Of a DNA stretch of 64,000 nt, positions 62,308-64,000 are shown in pieces; within the stretch, counting starts at the first letter, position 1, and every line of letters begins with the position of its first letter. A program made the position numbers and the translations under genes. Source of the DNA: Octopus sinensis. Taxonomy: Eukaryota. Under the pieces are notes generated by a model. It did no database searches. It was not told the origin of the DNA and was given only the letters and a program-made list of their open reading frames with translations. The stretch covers positions 4,216,001 to 4,280,000 of the forward strand of contig NC_043024.1 of assembly GCF_006345805.1 (NCBI RefSeq), in the 5' to 3' direction.

Positions 62308-64000
62308 CTTATGGTCTGCAACACTAACTTCAGGAAACCAACAAGCCACCTGGTCACCTACCGATCGGGCCGGCATACTAGCCAAATCGACTACATCCTT
62401 GCCAGAAAAAGGGAAAGATGGCTGCTTATAAATGCCAAAACCTTCCCAGGCGAAGAATGCACCCCACAACATAGACTGGTAGTTAGTGACTTTAGGATCA
62501 GGACTAAGAGGGCGACTAGAAGACGACCAACATGGAGAAGAAGGGTCTGGAAGCTTAAAGACCCTGCGAATGGACAGAGATTTAGAGATATGTTACTTGA
62601 AGCCTTTGACGAAGTTGAAGGGGGTATAGCTACACATGGGGTAGAAGACAACTGGACGTTGCTGAGGGACAACCTGCTGAAAGCCGCTGACCAGATCTGT
62701 GGCTGGTGCAAAGTCCCCTTAAGTCCCAAAATAACGTGGTGGTGGAACAATATTGTTGACAGGGCTATTAGACAAAAGAAACAGGCTTGGAAGGCCTGGA
62801 AGAACGGTGGTAGCAGGGAAGTGTATCAGACTGCCAGAAGGGAAGCTAGGAGACAGGTCTATCTAGCCAGAGGGGAAGCAGATAAAAGAAAATTTGCCAA
62901 TGTCCTGCGCCGTGAGGATGAAAGACTTGAGGTATTTCGTGTTGCAAGACAGTGTGTGAGAGAGAATCGTGATGTGGTAGGAGAGAAATGTGTTCGCATG
63001 GAGGATGGTTCACTTGCGCTAAATGAGGATGCAAAGAGAGAAGCTTGGAGACGCCACTATGAAAGGTTGCTGCATGAGGAAAATGAATGGGATAAAGAGA
63101 GTCTGCTGAATGTTAACCCAACAGAGGGACCAGCTATCCGAGTTGATAGTTCCGTGGTAGCTAAGGCAATTAGAAGCATGAAGACAGGGAAAGCCCCAGG
63201 CCCATCAGGAATTACTGCAGAGATGCTCAAAATATCTGGTAGTGTCGGCTATAGCATAGTCACCCGTATAGTTAACCAGGTGATACACGAAGGAGTCATA
63301 CCCAATGACTGGTGTAGCAGCATAATAGTCAACTGCTACAAAGGTAAAGGCGATGCCCTAGATACAAATAACTACAGGGGCATCAAGCTGTTGGATCAGG
63401 TAATGAAGGTTACGGAGAGGGTTATAGCCCAGTTAATTAGAGAGAGAGTTAGCTTAGATGATATGCAGTTTGGGTTCGTGCCAGGGAAAAGTACTACTGA
63501 TGCTATATTCCTGGTAAGACAGCTGCAGGAGAAATACCTAGCCAAAGGTAAGCCCTTGTACCTGGCTTTTGTTGACTTAGAGAAAGCCTTTGACAGGGTC
63601 CCCCGATCCCTTATCTGGTGGTCAATGAGGAAACTGGGATAGATGAATGGTTAGTGAGAGCTGTGCGAGCCATGTACAGAGACGCAGCTAGTAAGGTGAG
63701 GGTTGGCAACGAGTACAGTGAAGAATTCCGGGTAGAGGTTGGGGTCCACCAAGGTTCAGTCCTCACCCCCCTCCTATTTATCATAGTCCTCCAGGCAATA
63801 ACGGAAGAATTTAAGACAGGATGCCCCTGGGAGCTCCTCTATGCTGATGACCTTGCTCTAATTGCTGAGTCACTATCAGAACTGGAGGAGAAGTTTCAGG
63901 TGTGGAAACAAGGATTAGAATCGAAGGGCCTTAGAATCAACCTAGCCAAAACCAAAGTCCTAATAAGTAGGAAGGTGGACCAACCACAAACGACTTCAGG
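62308..64000 (+). pseudogene. 5'-truncated young RTE LINE, runs off window; 1-nt deletion frameshift near 63637
   Basis: ORF 62311-63642 is a close paralogue of 38593-39600; KLG(I)DEW frame broken by loss of one G. Confidence 0.9.

Overview
AT-rich, repeat-saturated animal genomic DNA with one 100-N assembly gap (16870-16969). The SINE repertoire, the very large (TA)n/(TG)n/(TACA)n tracts and the tandem single-coding-exon C2H2 genes point to an octopus (coleoid cephalopod) zinc-finger cluster; this is inference, no database search was run. Host genes: three intact minus-strand C2H2 zinc-finger genes (5897-7036, 11 fingers; 10657-12288, 16 fingers; 45368-46867, 17 fingers). Each has a predicted non-coding first exon and promoter block that was duplicated with the gene, and each has fossil fingers beyond its stop codon. 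Everything else is transposon-derived: a near-intact RTE LINE nested in an older copy of its own family, CR1-type and R4/Dong-like LINE relics, at least four tRNA-derived SINE families, piggyBac, hAT and TA-target MITEs, Helitron-type elements, and many Penelope-like element (PLE) pieces. The most striking unannotated signal is a set of hammerhead ribozyme (HHR) motifs of three intact structural types plus one decayed type (nine copies in all). They lie in PLE-type termini that sit in (TA)n tracts and repeatedly form fold-back structures, from a 62-bp head-to-head ribozyme palindrome up to an ~8.3-kb element with ~3-kb inverted arms, and include a 593-bp non-coding retrozyme-like unit. Most ORFs in the supplied track are microsatellite or antisense artefacts.
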